Below, in pieces: positions 35,832-47,002 of a stretch of 64,000 nt of DNA; position 1 is the stretch's first letter; each line of letters opens with the position of its first letter. The DNA is from Macrostomum lignano (lineage: Eukaryota). A program made the translations under genes and the position numbers. Location of the stretch: contig NIVC01002245.1 in NCBI GenBank assembly GCA_002269645.1, forward strand, positions 126,374 through 190,373. The letters run 5' to 3'. The notes under the pieces are model-generated. The model worked only from the letters and a program-made list of their open reading frames with translations, did not search any database and had not been told where the DNA came from.

Positions 35832-36664
35832 TGTCATGAATGTGTTATGACAGTGTGCTCTTTGTTTAGTTGCTGCACCGGGCCAGTGGGCCGTCCTCTC
35901 CCCCTCCCCCCTCCTTAGATATTTTCTGACTCACTCACCTGCACTTCTGCGCGTGCGTACCCCTCCCCTCCCTGCCTAGACCTTTTCTGTTGAGTCAACC
36001 CCCCATGCTCTGCGTGCGACCCCCCCCCTGTGCGACCCCGCCCCATTTTTGTTAGCTTTGCTGCCCCGCCCCTGTTTGTGATTGGCTGCCAGTCCCAGTC
36101 TGCCGTGCTGCGCCCCGGCGATTGGCTGGTACAGCTCATGCGTTGCCTTGGCTGATGTCTAAGTCCCCTTTTCTGCCTTTATCCCGCGCCCTCGACCCCC
36201 AGTTTGCTGCCTATTTTTTCAGACCCCCTTGAGACCCCATTCTCGTCGTCTTCGTGGCTCCTCGGCGATTGTGCCAGTGTTGGTTGCTGAATTGCTATTC
36301 CTCGCAGAATTGCTAGACAAATATATAAGTAAAGAATATCGAGATCACCACTGCTCTGACGGCGCTGTTTCTTGTACGACTGAAATCGCGGCTGGTAAGC
36401 CTTCCAATTTGTACGTCATTTGGGTCTGCATCTGTACTAGGCACCTTAGAGGGATTAAGTGCGTCGTACGCCGGTCCCACCCCAAGCAGCTCTGCGTCGT
36501 ACGCGAGTCTGTAGGCTGTCGTGCGTCGTACGCTCGAGCAGCCTAGTCCCGACGGACACCGCGTCGTACGCGTGTCAGTGGAGGACCGCAGCCAGGGTCA
36601 GTACACGAACCCGGGTCTGGGAAAGGGGCACGAAAGGACCGAGCCCTTGAGCCCCATCATCACA
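35832..36664 (+). repeat. 3' LTR (833 bp)
   Basis: Copy of 28036-28870. Confidence 0.97.
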
Positions 36665-37689
36665 CTATAATATAGAAATAAACAAAAATTTCTGTATTGG
36701 TTTTATCCTAGTATGCTACTGGCTATAGTCTTTGTTTTGGCGTCCTTGCGTTTCTTCACAGCGGCTTTCTCTCAACATCGATTTCTAACATGCTAAGAAG
36801 ACATGCCTAGCGTGCTCTTTTGACCCTTTCTCACTAACTCTCGTGCCGGGTCTGCAGTCGGCTTGCACTCTCAGACGCCATAACTCAATTCTGACCGAAT
36901 CAATGACCTCGGTAACCACCTGCAGTAAAATCAAGTGCTTCAAGTGGATCTGAGCCGCGATTGCAAAGCCAAAGGAGGTTTCAACTCTGCGACAGAACGG
37001 AGCAGATTTTGCGTTCCCTCTTACTTCTGTAATATTCTGAAAAATACTCTCTTTTGAGGCCTTCACAACAGCCCTCATTCGCAGTGTTCAGAGTGGGGAC
37101 GCAGCTCCTGAAAAAGTGTAGCCCAGGAGCATCAAACCAGCCAGTTGCTAGGGTGGTTGGCTCTGCTCTCGGGGGTGGCTGAAGAGGGTTTTAGCGAATT
37201 GGTTGAACCAGACGCGGCCTCCCCTTTCCTAGGCTTCTGTCTTTCGCATTACTCCCTGTCCTTCCCCGTCAACGGTGCATTCTGCTCGTCTCTGGCGGCC
37301 CGGGCCTTCTCGGGTCATTTCGTAAAGTAGTACCGAGTTTTAAAAAGTTAGAAAGATAATGAAAGGCAGTTTTGAAAACATTGCATGTAAAAGTGTAAAA
37401 GATGAAAAGAGAACAGAAAGAAAATTTAAAAAAATGTGATGCGATGCATTTGGATTGGGGCGTAGAAAGCTAAGATAATAACTGCGCTTATTACTTGCAG
37501 TAGTTCGAGCTGGTTTTTAGTAATCGATTGATGATCAATCAATTCAGCTGCAAGTAAAATTATGAGACCAGTTGCTAGTCAACTGAATATTCTAACAAAG
37601 TACAGAAATGGCTGATAAAGTGAATGTTCGCAGGAGGGCCGCAGGGACCCTGGCGCAACGTCTTCGGCGACATCGTCTCACAACCAGCG

Positions 37690-37880
37690 CTGACAGCAAT
37701 TCTGCCCATTCCGCTGGCTCCTGAGCACAGACAAGCGCGACTGTACACAGGCACGGCACTCAGACACACGCTCACACAGGGTGTATATGGGCCCTGACTG
37801 TCTAATCGTCAAGCATGTACATTCTCTGTGCCTTGGGGCTTGGCCCTCATAGCTGTGAATCGCACGAAAAGCCCATTTTT
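37690..37880 (-). mobile_element. 5'-truncated SINE body
   Basis: Matches the body of copies at 14140-14270 and 43370-43555. Confidence 0.65.
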
Positions 37881-38039
37881 CAAATTTTGTGCATTTAACC
37901 GTGAAGATGGACAAGCAAAGAGGCAAACAAAGCGGCGTTTTGGCGAGCAAGAGGCGGCAACAGCGCAAAGAAGCATAGGGGGGAGCAGCAGGCGAACTCC
38001 CAACCCCAAAAAGGACAAGACAGTCAGAGAAGAGAGGGG

Positions 38040-38560
38040 GAATTACCAATGCGACACCAGCTGATCAACCGCCCGATACTTGCGGGCCTCAGAGGCACGG
38101 TCAACTGAAGTAGCTCCCCAGGGCCATGATGCCAGGCAGGGCCGCCCCCGCCTGCAGGGCAAAGCTGGGCACACCGCACCGCAGGCTGTGGCCAGAGAAG
38201 GCAGTCGGATTGAAACCAGCAGACGAAGCTTCAAACGCTGCCTCCGCGAGCCCTGACAGCTCTGAGAGGGCACCAGGCAGCTGCACCGTGTGGACACGCT
38301 GGCCGAACTCGTTGGTCTTGGACCGCTGCAGCTGCAGCACCAGCCCGGAGCTGGAACTCGCTGATCCGTGATTACACCATGTGGACCACGTACTGGCACA
38401 AGGTCTCTCTCGCTAGCGGTAGTCGGACCGATGCCCGCCTGATCACTGAACGCACACCAGGCCTTGAATTGGCTTCGGTAGGATCGCCAGGAGCTGTCTG
38501 CGAGGGCGAGACAGCAGAGCAGATCGGCGGGGACTGCCTTCTGTGGCGGCCCGTGACCGG
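38040..38560 (-). mobile_element. DIRS-type tyrosine recombinase relic
   Basis: LALADSSWRSYRSQFKAWCAF (N-terminal domain), TLCQYVVHM, LQLQRSKTNEFG, FSGHSLRCG..FALQAG...IMALG; frameshifted and internally deleted. Confidence 0.75.
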
Positions 38561-40192
38561 AGGGGAGGTGAGGGCGGAGCGGAAGAGCGGAGCGGAGGTG
38601 ACCTGAAAGCGGAGGGCGGCGCGAGAAGACACCGAGAGCGCGCGCATGGCAAAATAGTCAGGCGAAAGGCAGATATGACCGTAAAAACGAAAGCAAATTT
38701 GAGAACCAAGCATAAGAGACGCAGCGTCAATAAAAATTTGCATACTACCCGGCAGGTGATAGTTGCTTCAATACAAATACCATCACGAATGCACAGCAAA
38801 GCCATACTTTGATAGATCCGAAGTGTAGGCAGCGCCTACTATCGTGTGTGTGTTGGGGGGTTGTTAGCGGCTGCGCCGCGTGACTCTGCCAGCTCAACCC
38901 TTATGCGTACAATATCAAATGTGCATGGTGCGACTTTAGCCACCATTCTGACTCAGCACAATAATTCAATAAATATACTGATCGCTATTATTCTCGCCTA
39001 CAAGCTTTCGGCAACTATCGACTACAACAAGCAGTCTAGCCTCGTTTCACTCACTACACGAAGGAGATCGGGATCTTGAGGACCCTACATTCCAGCTCTT
39101 CCACCTCGTGCTGAAGCCGTCTTCTTCGGTCGCCTTCCGACTGGGACGGGGGTCCCACGGCATCTCCTCGTCTAATCCATCACTGATCCGGGCTGCACCC
39201 AGCGCTGCAGAGAGGGCCGCCTCTTCGTTGTTGGCCTGGGCGTCCCCGTTCAGATCTCCGGCTGTGCGTGCTTTGCTGCATGGCTTGGCGCAGGCGCTGA
39301 ATAAGCTCGCACTTTTGCCTTGTTATTTGCACCCATAATTGCATAGTAGGCCACGCAGTTCTTTTGCTGTATAATGATTCAGCGGTTCTTGCAGTTCAGA
39401 CAGACGAGCGTACCTAGCTCACTGTGATAGGTGTAGGAGGTACACAGCTGGAGACGAAGGGGGTAAAAAATTGAGTGCAAAGAGCAAACGCCGCGCGGTG
39501 GCAAAAATACGTCGTATGCAGGCAGCCACCCACCACCCACCGTTTAAACGCCATTACTCCAACCCCGCGTACATTGGCAATCCACTGAACGCAGCAGAGT
39601 AATGGACACACAAGCCCCAATGAACGTGACCGAGCACGGTATCGAACCCGAAAGATTTTCGCGCTAAGAGTCTTAGGCGTGGTTCAACAATGCATGTCCC
39701 TACATCCGGTTAAAATGAGAGAAATCCGTCTCGTGTATCCATTCGGAAGATCGATGCAACTCTGCCAGAGTGGGGGTTTCACTCTACGACAACAATAAAG
39801 TGTCCGGGGAAGCAGCCTCGATGTTTAATCTAGAACCAGACATACCGGATAAAAGAAGCGTTGTGGCGACATTCACCCCACCGATGCCTGGGCACAATGA
39901 CTTAATGAATGCATTGGCGATGAAGGAAAATGGAACGGTGCTGAGCACAGGAAGCTAAAGCCGCAATGCATCGGCCGCATCTTGTGGGGTTGGCTTGGCC
40001 AATGCAACTATTTCCTCTCACTGGCTTCTGTACCAGCTATTTTAACTTTGGAGAAACATGCAAGTGAAGTAAGCCCATCCCATACTTAGATGGCACAAAT
40101 TTTCTTGCCAGGTAACCAATTTTAGCCTAATCAACTTCCTAAATTTCGTAGAACACTAAGTTATCAAACTTGACACTCTGTAGACAACCAAA

Positions 40193-40939
40193 ATGCGACC
40201 GCTGCTGTTTCTGCTTCTGGGTCTCAAAATTAGTTGCGGTGCAACTTGCGACTCTCCGAAAGCGACTTTCCACCCGATCTCTGGCGCTGACTGCGTGACG
40301 TCCAGCTTCACCCACACCGTGTGGGGCTCGTGCGATCCGCTGTCCTGCAGCCTGCACTGCGCCAAGATGCCGAACTGCCGGGCCTTCTCGCTGCCGGATG
40401 GCGAATGCCTCTGCAAGCTGTTCCTGTTCGACAAGTGCAGCCACCGAGTGCAGTCAGTGGCCAACTGCACTCACCGAGTGACCGTGTTTACGTGAGATCG
40501 CTACCTGGAGTAGCTCCGGGTCGCCTGTGCCCACCCGGATACGAGTTCCTCATACAAGGTGTCGGCTTCACCTGCGACCAACTGGGCTGACGCTCTCTCC
40601 CGGTGCGGCCAGGAGGCCGGACTGTCGAAGTTCGCGGACGCTCTGGACTCCGACGAGTCGCGTCACCTGATGTGGATCAAGAACGTGTCGAAAAGCCCTG
40701 TAGAGACTTTGTTTCTGGGTGGCCACCAGATTCCGGGCTCTGCGACCAAGACGGAAGGCTGGATCTGGGACGCCTGCAACCAGAGCATCCGGACCGACGT
40801 CTGGGAGCCCGAGAGGCCGAACAAAGGATTGCCGATTCAGGGCTGTGCGGCTGTCCATGCTAATCACAAGATCGGCATCGATGATTTCGGATGCTCTAAA
40901 AATCAGAAGTACCTTTGCGAGTGCCTGTCCGTGTTCTAA
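40193..40939 (+). pseudogene. PAN + C-type lectin copy 3, disrupted (+2 insertion at about 40487, -14 deletion at about 40547)
   Basis: Comparison with paralogs: gtgtacgtg becomes gtgtttacgtg, and tactctcagttcggatcc becomes ttcc. The frame is restored but two stops lie between; the N-terminal ORF ends at 40495. Confidence 0.85.
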
Positions 40940-42149
40940 TTTTACTGCACTGGACAGAAACTGAGTTGCAAAGAACCATCTGTCAGATTTATCCATATAA
41001 GCTGACAAAAACCGTATCAATTCCTATTTACTCTATGTAATTTTGCTTTTAGTTGCCCCCAATTGGGCCGTTTTACTTTCCTGTTGTGTGCACGATCTAT
41101 TTAGAGCGTATAATATTGTACGATTGATATTTTAGGCCTCTCTGTGCGCGTGGCGCACGAAGAGGCCCAGTTTATTACTTTAAATATATTGTCTGGCCCT
41201 CGCCTCGGTTTATTATTACCTTCTATTCACTTTCTCTCGTATCTCTCTCTCACCGCCGACTTTTATGACCGCCTGCTGCTAAATATAGCTTCTTAAATGC
41301 TAGTCATTCCGTCTTGGTTATTTATCCCACGAGCAATTGGACACCATCAAGTAATAGAGAATATTTTTTGCAAAACTCATTGGTGTTTTATTAGAAAGTT
41401 TTTCTCCTGCGGTGATGACGGTGGGCCTTGTTTACAAAGAATGTTGTTGTTTTTTGCGAGCGTTATTTGATTATAATCCCATGCTATCGCTTTATTTACG
41501 CATCTTCAAATTTGAAGTCTATAATAACGCCTCACTATATACTACTGCAATACTACTACAGTATATGTTAATGAAGTAACATTGTCACTGAGTGATTTAT
41601 GATCATGAATCGATTTGATTTTAACGATTGAGTCTTTGAAAAGTCATATAACTATCTTTATGCTTATTTTTGTGGTCCCATTCTTATAGGACTAAAGCTG
41701 ATTTTTACACCATACTGCCGTTGCGTTTTCTGACAAATTTTGCACTAATAAACTTCGGTGTTGAAGATCATCGTGCAGAAGTCACAATGGTAATTCAGTT
41801 AATACTCGTATGCCATTTGAATCTATGTGCTTTGGTAGCAGTCAACCAGGACAGTGCATGTTAGATGTTACTCGTAGATAAATGTGTAGTCAAGGACGAG
41901 TTACCAGGTATTGTAGAAGGACGGCAGGTGCGTTTCAATTTCAAGAAAGTACTTAAAATTTCTAGTTGGGATTTGAGCGAAAACACACTAGCGAAATAGG
42001 AACTTCTCATAATTTCAGAACGAGCATGGGGAAAGTTTTTCATTGGATGCAGATGAAATGTTTAGTTTGATAAACATACTCGTCCTGCCTGTTTAGTTTT
42101 TAGCTCATAGACCAAGAATTTTTCAATTAAGGAGAGGGAATAAAAGGTG

Positions 42150-42330
42150 AAAGGTGAGAGAAGAGAGTAGAGGCGAGAGATGGGATGAGATGAGTCAAAG
42201 TCTCAAAGATAAGAGGGGAGGGGAGAGAGGAGAGGAGAAAGGAGAGGGTTGAAAGGAGAGGGTATAGAGAGGAGAGGGGAGAGAGGAGAAGGGAGAGAGG
42301 AGAGAAAGAGAGCTGAGAAGGGACAAGCCT
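42150..42330 (+). repeat. Polypurine (GA-rich) tract, duplication unit 3, followed by an hAT-like terminus to about 42410
   Basis: A/G-rich strand ending gagaagggacaagccttgagc, then gagggccggat...ccgacccttgg. Confidence 0.8.
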
Positions 42331-43369
42331 TGAGCGGGCTGGATTGCTATTGAGCAGTTTTAAAGGGCCCGAGGGCCGGATAGAGAGGCCAGAGTTTTCC
42401 GACCCTTGGCTAAATTAAATAAAGATATTCGAGCTAGGTAAGAACAATTTCTTAATTGGTAATTTTGACATTCTTAAAATTTTTATCCCAGAATGGTCGC
42501 TATAGAAATTTGTTTTGGCGTCCTATGCGTTTGTTCTCAGCGCGCGGTTTTTATCGATATGCAATCTACAGTAAAATCTCGCCTGTCTCAAGTGGATCTG
42601 AGCAGCGATTGCAAAGCCAAATAAGTGTTGTGACCGCCGGAGATTTCGAATGTGAGACAGAATGGAGCAGCTTCCGCGCTTCGCTCCTTCTTTTATAATA
42701 TTCTCAACATCCCTCTTTTGAGGCGGAGGGGTGCCTTCACAACAGCACACATTCGCAGTGTTCAGAGTGGGGACGCAGCCCCTGATAAAGTGTAGCCCAG
42801 GAGCAACTAAACCAGCCAGTCGCTTGGGTGTCCGCTCTGCCCTCGCAGGGGTGGCAGAGTAGGGGTTTCAACGCATTGGTTGAGCTAAACCTTTAAGCTT
42901 CTGTTCCTCACAGTACTTTCTGTCTCTTCCCAGTCAACGGAGCAATCTTCTGCTCGTCTCTGGGGACCCAAGCCTTCCCGGGAGTCCGGGGGGGTTGCCA
43001 AGTAGCTCAGTTCGAGTTCGGACTCTTCCGCTTATTTATCAGTCCTCGGGTCATTTTGTAAAAGCCATTTTGCTCAGAATTAAACACAGTTTATAGAATA
43101 TTTCATGCAAAAATTGTGAAGCGATGCATTTGGATTGGGGCGTAGAAAGCTAAGATAATAACTGCGCTTATTACTTGCAGTAGTTCGAGCTGGTTTTTAG
43201 TAATCGATTGATGATCAATCAATTCAGCTGCAAGTAAAATTGTGGGACCAGTTGCTAGTCAACTGAATATTCTAACAAAGTACAGAAATGGCTGATAAAG
43301 TGAATGTTCGCAGGAGGGCCGCAGGGACCCCGGTGCAACGTCTTCGGCGACATCGTCTCACAACCAGCG

Positions 43370-43655
43370 CTGACAGCAATTCTGCCCATTCCGCTGAGTC
43401 CTGAGCACAGACAAGCGCGACTGTACACAGGCACGGCACTCAGACACACGCTCACACAGGGTGCATATGGGCCCTGACTGTCTAATCGTCAAGCATGTAC
43501 ATTCTCTGTGCCTTGGGGCTTGGCCCTCATAGCTGTGAATCGCACGAAAAGCCCATTTTGTGCGCACAAGCCCCAATGAATGTGGGGCCGCTCACGGAAT
43601 CGAACCCGGGGTCGCGGCTCGAGAGTCGGACGCGTTCGCCGCTGAGCTGCTCCGC
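43370..43655 (-). mobile_element. tRNA-derived SINE copy with head
   Basis: Minus-strand head GGAGCAGCTCAGCGGCGAACGCGTCCGACTCTCGAGCCGCGACCCCGGGTTCGATTCCGTGAGCGGCCCCA with A-box and B-box. Confidence 0.75.
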
Positions 43656-44304
43656 CCCTGCAGTGTCAGAATTGTGTGAAACAATTCGCGCTAAAGAGTC
43701 TCTGTTGCTTAGAAGTGGTTCAGCATGTCCCGACATCCGATTAAACAGGAGAGAAATCCGTCTCGATATCCATTTTGAAGATAAATCGCCTGCTTTTCTG
43801 GTGAAGCCAGAGCTAGCTTTTCGCTCCACGACAACAATTAAGTCTCCGGGGGAGGCAGCGGCTTCAATGTTTAATCCAGAACGATACATACCGGATAAAA
43901 GTAGCGTTGTGGCGACATTCACCCGACCGATGGCTGGGCTGTGGTTGAAAAAGGCCGGATGCCTAGTGATGAAGGAAAATGGAACGGGTTGAGTATAGAA
44001 AGCCGAGGGGCTATCTTGGCCAATGAAACTATTTGCTCTCACTGGCTTCTGCAGGATTCTGCACCAGCCATTTTTAGCTTTGGGGACAAATACGAGTGTA
44101 ATGGACTCGCCCACGCTGGGATGACGTGAAACTCTATATAGTGAGGATGATAAGCACGGTTTCAGACTCGGTGTTAACTTGTGATATGCAAACAACCGCG
44201 TAAAACAGGAACCGATTTAAAGTCTCATAGACTTCCCGAAAGACAAAAGCACACAACTCACGCGTTGATTTCCCTGACTGGAATATTGATGAGTTCATGA
44301 GCAG

Positions 44305-44768
44305 GTGAGTTGATGCTCAAGAGAGTTGATGCTCGAGTGAGTTGATGCTCAAGAGATTTGATGCTCCAGAGAGTTGATGCTCAAGAGAGTTGATGCTCAA
44401 GAGATTTGATGCTCAAGAGAGTTGATGCTCAAGAGAGTTGATGCTCGAGTGAGTTGATGCTCAAGAGATTCGATGCTCAAGAGAGTTGATGCTCAAGAGA
44501 GTTGATGCTCAAGAGAGTTGATGCTCAAGAGAGTTGATGCTCAAGAGATTCGATGCTCAAGAGAGTTGATGCTCGAGTGAGTTGATGCTCAAGAGATTCG
44601 ATGCTTAAGAGAGTTGATGCTCAAGAGAGTTGATGCTCAAGAGAGTTGATGCTCAAGAGAGTTGATGCTCAAGAGAGTTGATGCTCAAGAGAGTTGATGC
44701 TCAAGAGAGTTGATGCTCAAGAGAGTTGATGCTCAAGAGATTCGATGCTCAAGAGAGTTGATACTCTG
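44305..44768 (+). repeat. 16-bp VNTR (agagttgatgctcaag), about 29 copies, upstream of lectin copy 4
   Basis: Same unit as 24557-24795; begins at cag|GTGAGT. Confidence 0.95.
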
Positions 44769-44858
44769 ATCTAACCTTAAATTTACTGTAAAAAAGGTAT
44801 AAGCTAACTTCGTAGAACACTAAGTTCTCAAACTTGACACACTCTGTAGACAACCAAA

Positions 44859-45617
44859 ATGCGACCGTTGCTGTTTCTGCTTCTGGGTCTCAAAATTAGT
44901 TGCGGTGCAACTTGCGACTCTCCGAAAGCGACTTTCCACTCGATCTCTGGCGCTGACTGCGTGACGTCCAGCTTCACCCACACCGTGTGGGGCTCGTGCG
45001 ATCCGCAGTCCTGCAGCCTGCACTGCGCCAAGATGCCGAACTGCCGGGCCTTCTCTCTGCCGGATGGCGACTGCCTCTGCAAGCTGTTCCTGTTCGACAA
45101 GTGCAGCCACCGAGTGCAGTCAGAGGCCAACTGCACTCACCGAGTAACCGTGTACGTGAGATCGCTACCTGGAGTAGCTCCGGGTCGCCTGTGCCCACCC
45201 GGATACGAGTACTCTCAGTTCGGATCCTCATACAAGGTGTCGGCCGAACCTGTGACCAATTGGGCTGACGCTCTCTCCCGGTGCGGACAGGAGGCCGGAC
45301 TGTCGAAGTTCGCGGACGCTCTGGACTCCGACGAGTCACGTCACCTGATGTGGATCAAGAGCGTCTCGAACATTCCTGTAGAGAGTTTGTACCTGGGTGG
45401 CCACCAGATTCCGGGCTCTGCGACCAAGACGGAAGGCTGGATCTGGGACGCCTGCAACGAGAGCATCCGGGCCGACGTCTGGGAGCCCGAGAGGCCGAGC
45501 AGTGGGTTGCCGATTCAGGGCTGTGCGGCTGTCTACGCCAATCACAAGATCGGCGTCGATGATTACGGATGCTCTAGCAACCGGAAATACCTTTGCGAGT
45601 GCCTGTCCGTGTTCTAA
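44859..45617 (+). CDS. Secreted PAN/apple + C-type lectin protein, copy 4 (252 aa)
   Basis: Intact ORF paralogous to copies 1 and 2. Confidence 0.9.
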   Translation: MRPLLFLLLGLKISCGATCDSPKATFHSISGADCVTSSFTHTVWGSCDPQSCSLHCAKMPNCRAFSLPDGDCLCKLFLFDKCSHRVQSEANCTHRVTVYVRSLPGVAPGRLCPPGYEYSQFGSSYKVSAEPVTNWADALSRCGQEAGLSKFADALDSDESRHLMWIKSVSNIPVESLYLGGHQIPGSATKTEGWIWDACNESIRADVWEPERPSSGLPIQGCAAVYANHKIGVDDYGCSSNRKYLCECLSVF

Positions 45618-45807
45618 ATTTCCTACACTAGACTGAGTTCTACTATAAGTCAATTCCAAGGAGTTACGAGCGTACAGTTAGTCTCTTCAGTTTAATCTGT
45701 TTTCGTTTTCAAGAATATAACAGTGCTTGTCTATAATTTGTATTCATTGAATTTAAATGTGCGAAGTATGTGCGTATCTTAATATTTTTTAGCATTCTAA
45801 CACAGTC

Positions 45808-45930
45808 GGGGTCGTAGCCTAGAGGTCCAGATCGGCGCTCTTACGTGCCAGTGTGCCCAGACTCGATTCCAAGTGAAGTCACATTAATTTGGGGCTTCAT
45901 TTCGGCTCGGGTCTGCATGCGCGTTTGTAT
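45808..45930 (+). mobile_element. SINE head fragment (tRNA-like)
   Basis: ggggtcgtagcctagagg...ctcgattccaagtgaagtcacattaatttggggct, similar to the 49541 copy. Confidence 0.6.
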
Positions 45931-46127
45931 TTTTGTGTATTTTTGTGGACTTTAAAGACATTCAAATAAGCGAAGTCGCCCATCCTTCGACACTAGTAAG
46001 CACGTCCTTGAGTGCAGCTTGTAGTACGATAAAGTTGATTCAGTGGCAGAACAGCCGCGTTCAAACAGACTACTTACCCTCGTAACTACTTTCTCCGGAG
46101 CTACCATAGCTACCGAAAGAGCGCCCA

Positions 46128-46432
46128 ACCTTGGCAGTATTCATCGGGATTATCGCCAAACCTTGGTAGTATTCGTGAGGATTATCTTCACTATCCTTGG
46201 CAGTATTCATCGGGATTATCGCCAAACCTTGGTAGTATTCGTGAGGATTATCTTCACTATCCTTGGCAGTATTCATCGGGATTATCGCCACTAACCTTGG
46301 TAGTATTCGTGAGGATTATCTCCACTAACCTTTCCAGTATTCCTTGGATTATCGCCACTAACCTTGATAGTACGAGTATTCGTGAGGATTATCTCCACTA
46401 ACCTTTCCAGTATTCCTTGGATTATCGCCACT
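46128..46432 (+). repeat. Dimeric 66-bp tandem repeat (two related ~33-bp subunits)
   Basis: ccttggcagtattcatcgggattatcgccaaa alternating with ccttggtagtattcgtgaggattatcttcactat. Confidence 0.85.
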
Positions 46433-47002
46433 AATCACAGTGTTCCTCAAAAAATGCCTCCTACCACCGATGAAAATTGTGTTCATTGGAAGAATTTCTA
46501 ATACCTAAGCTGGAGTACTCATAGTAGGCCATAGTGGTTCTGTTCATTCTAAACTAGACTGCAGCAATAAAAACCCAATCAGTCTTCTAGCACATGACGT
46601 TTTTCGTCGCAAAGTTTCTATAAAATGCTCCCTTAAAAGTGCTCTCCAAATCCACTGCCGAGCCGCGCCGGAGATTCTCTTGCCCAGAAGGGCTGGGCAG
46701 TGCGGTTCGAAAGTGTGGGCTGAGGAGCTGCAGTGGCGGCAAGAAGCGCCTCTCGCTCTCGATCGATCCGGTCTTAGCCTATATATCTTAGTCTTAGTCT
46801 TAGTCTATATATTCAGATAGGCCTTGCACTTGCACTAATCGACTGAGCATGCTCCGGGATCGAAGCGGTCGATTCTCATCAAGGATGCACTCATAGCTTG
46901 ACGTCAGCGAGTTGCCACGGCTTGGGCCTGCGTTTCTACCTGAGTTGAATCGAGTCGAGACACATCCTACCTGCCATTTTGGCTTCTGTTCTTGTGTCTC
47001 TT

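Larger units (their letters stand above)
28036..36664 (+). mobile_element. Full-length Ty3/Gypsy LTR retrotransposon, recent insertion, with an additional ORF
   Basis: TG...CA LTRs, 4-bp TSD CTAT (28032-28035 and 36665-36668), PBS, PPT, gag with two CCHC knuckles, pol order PR-RT-RH-IN. Confidence 0.97.

Noticed and set aside
40490-40520. Selenocysteine or readthrough rescue of lectin copy 3
   Set aside because: A TAG follows the TGA in the same frame and the intervening peptide is out of frame relative to paralogs.
43560-43655. Genuine tRNA gene
   Set aside because: A-box and B-box are present but it runs directly into a repeated SINE body and no convincing cloverleaf or anticodon arm could be drawn.
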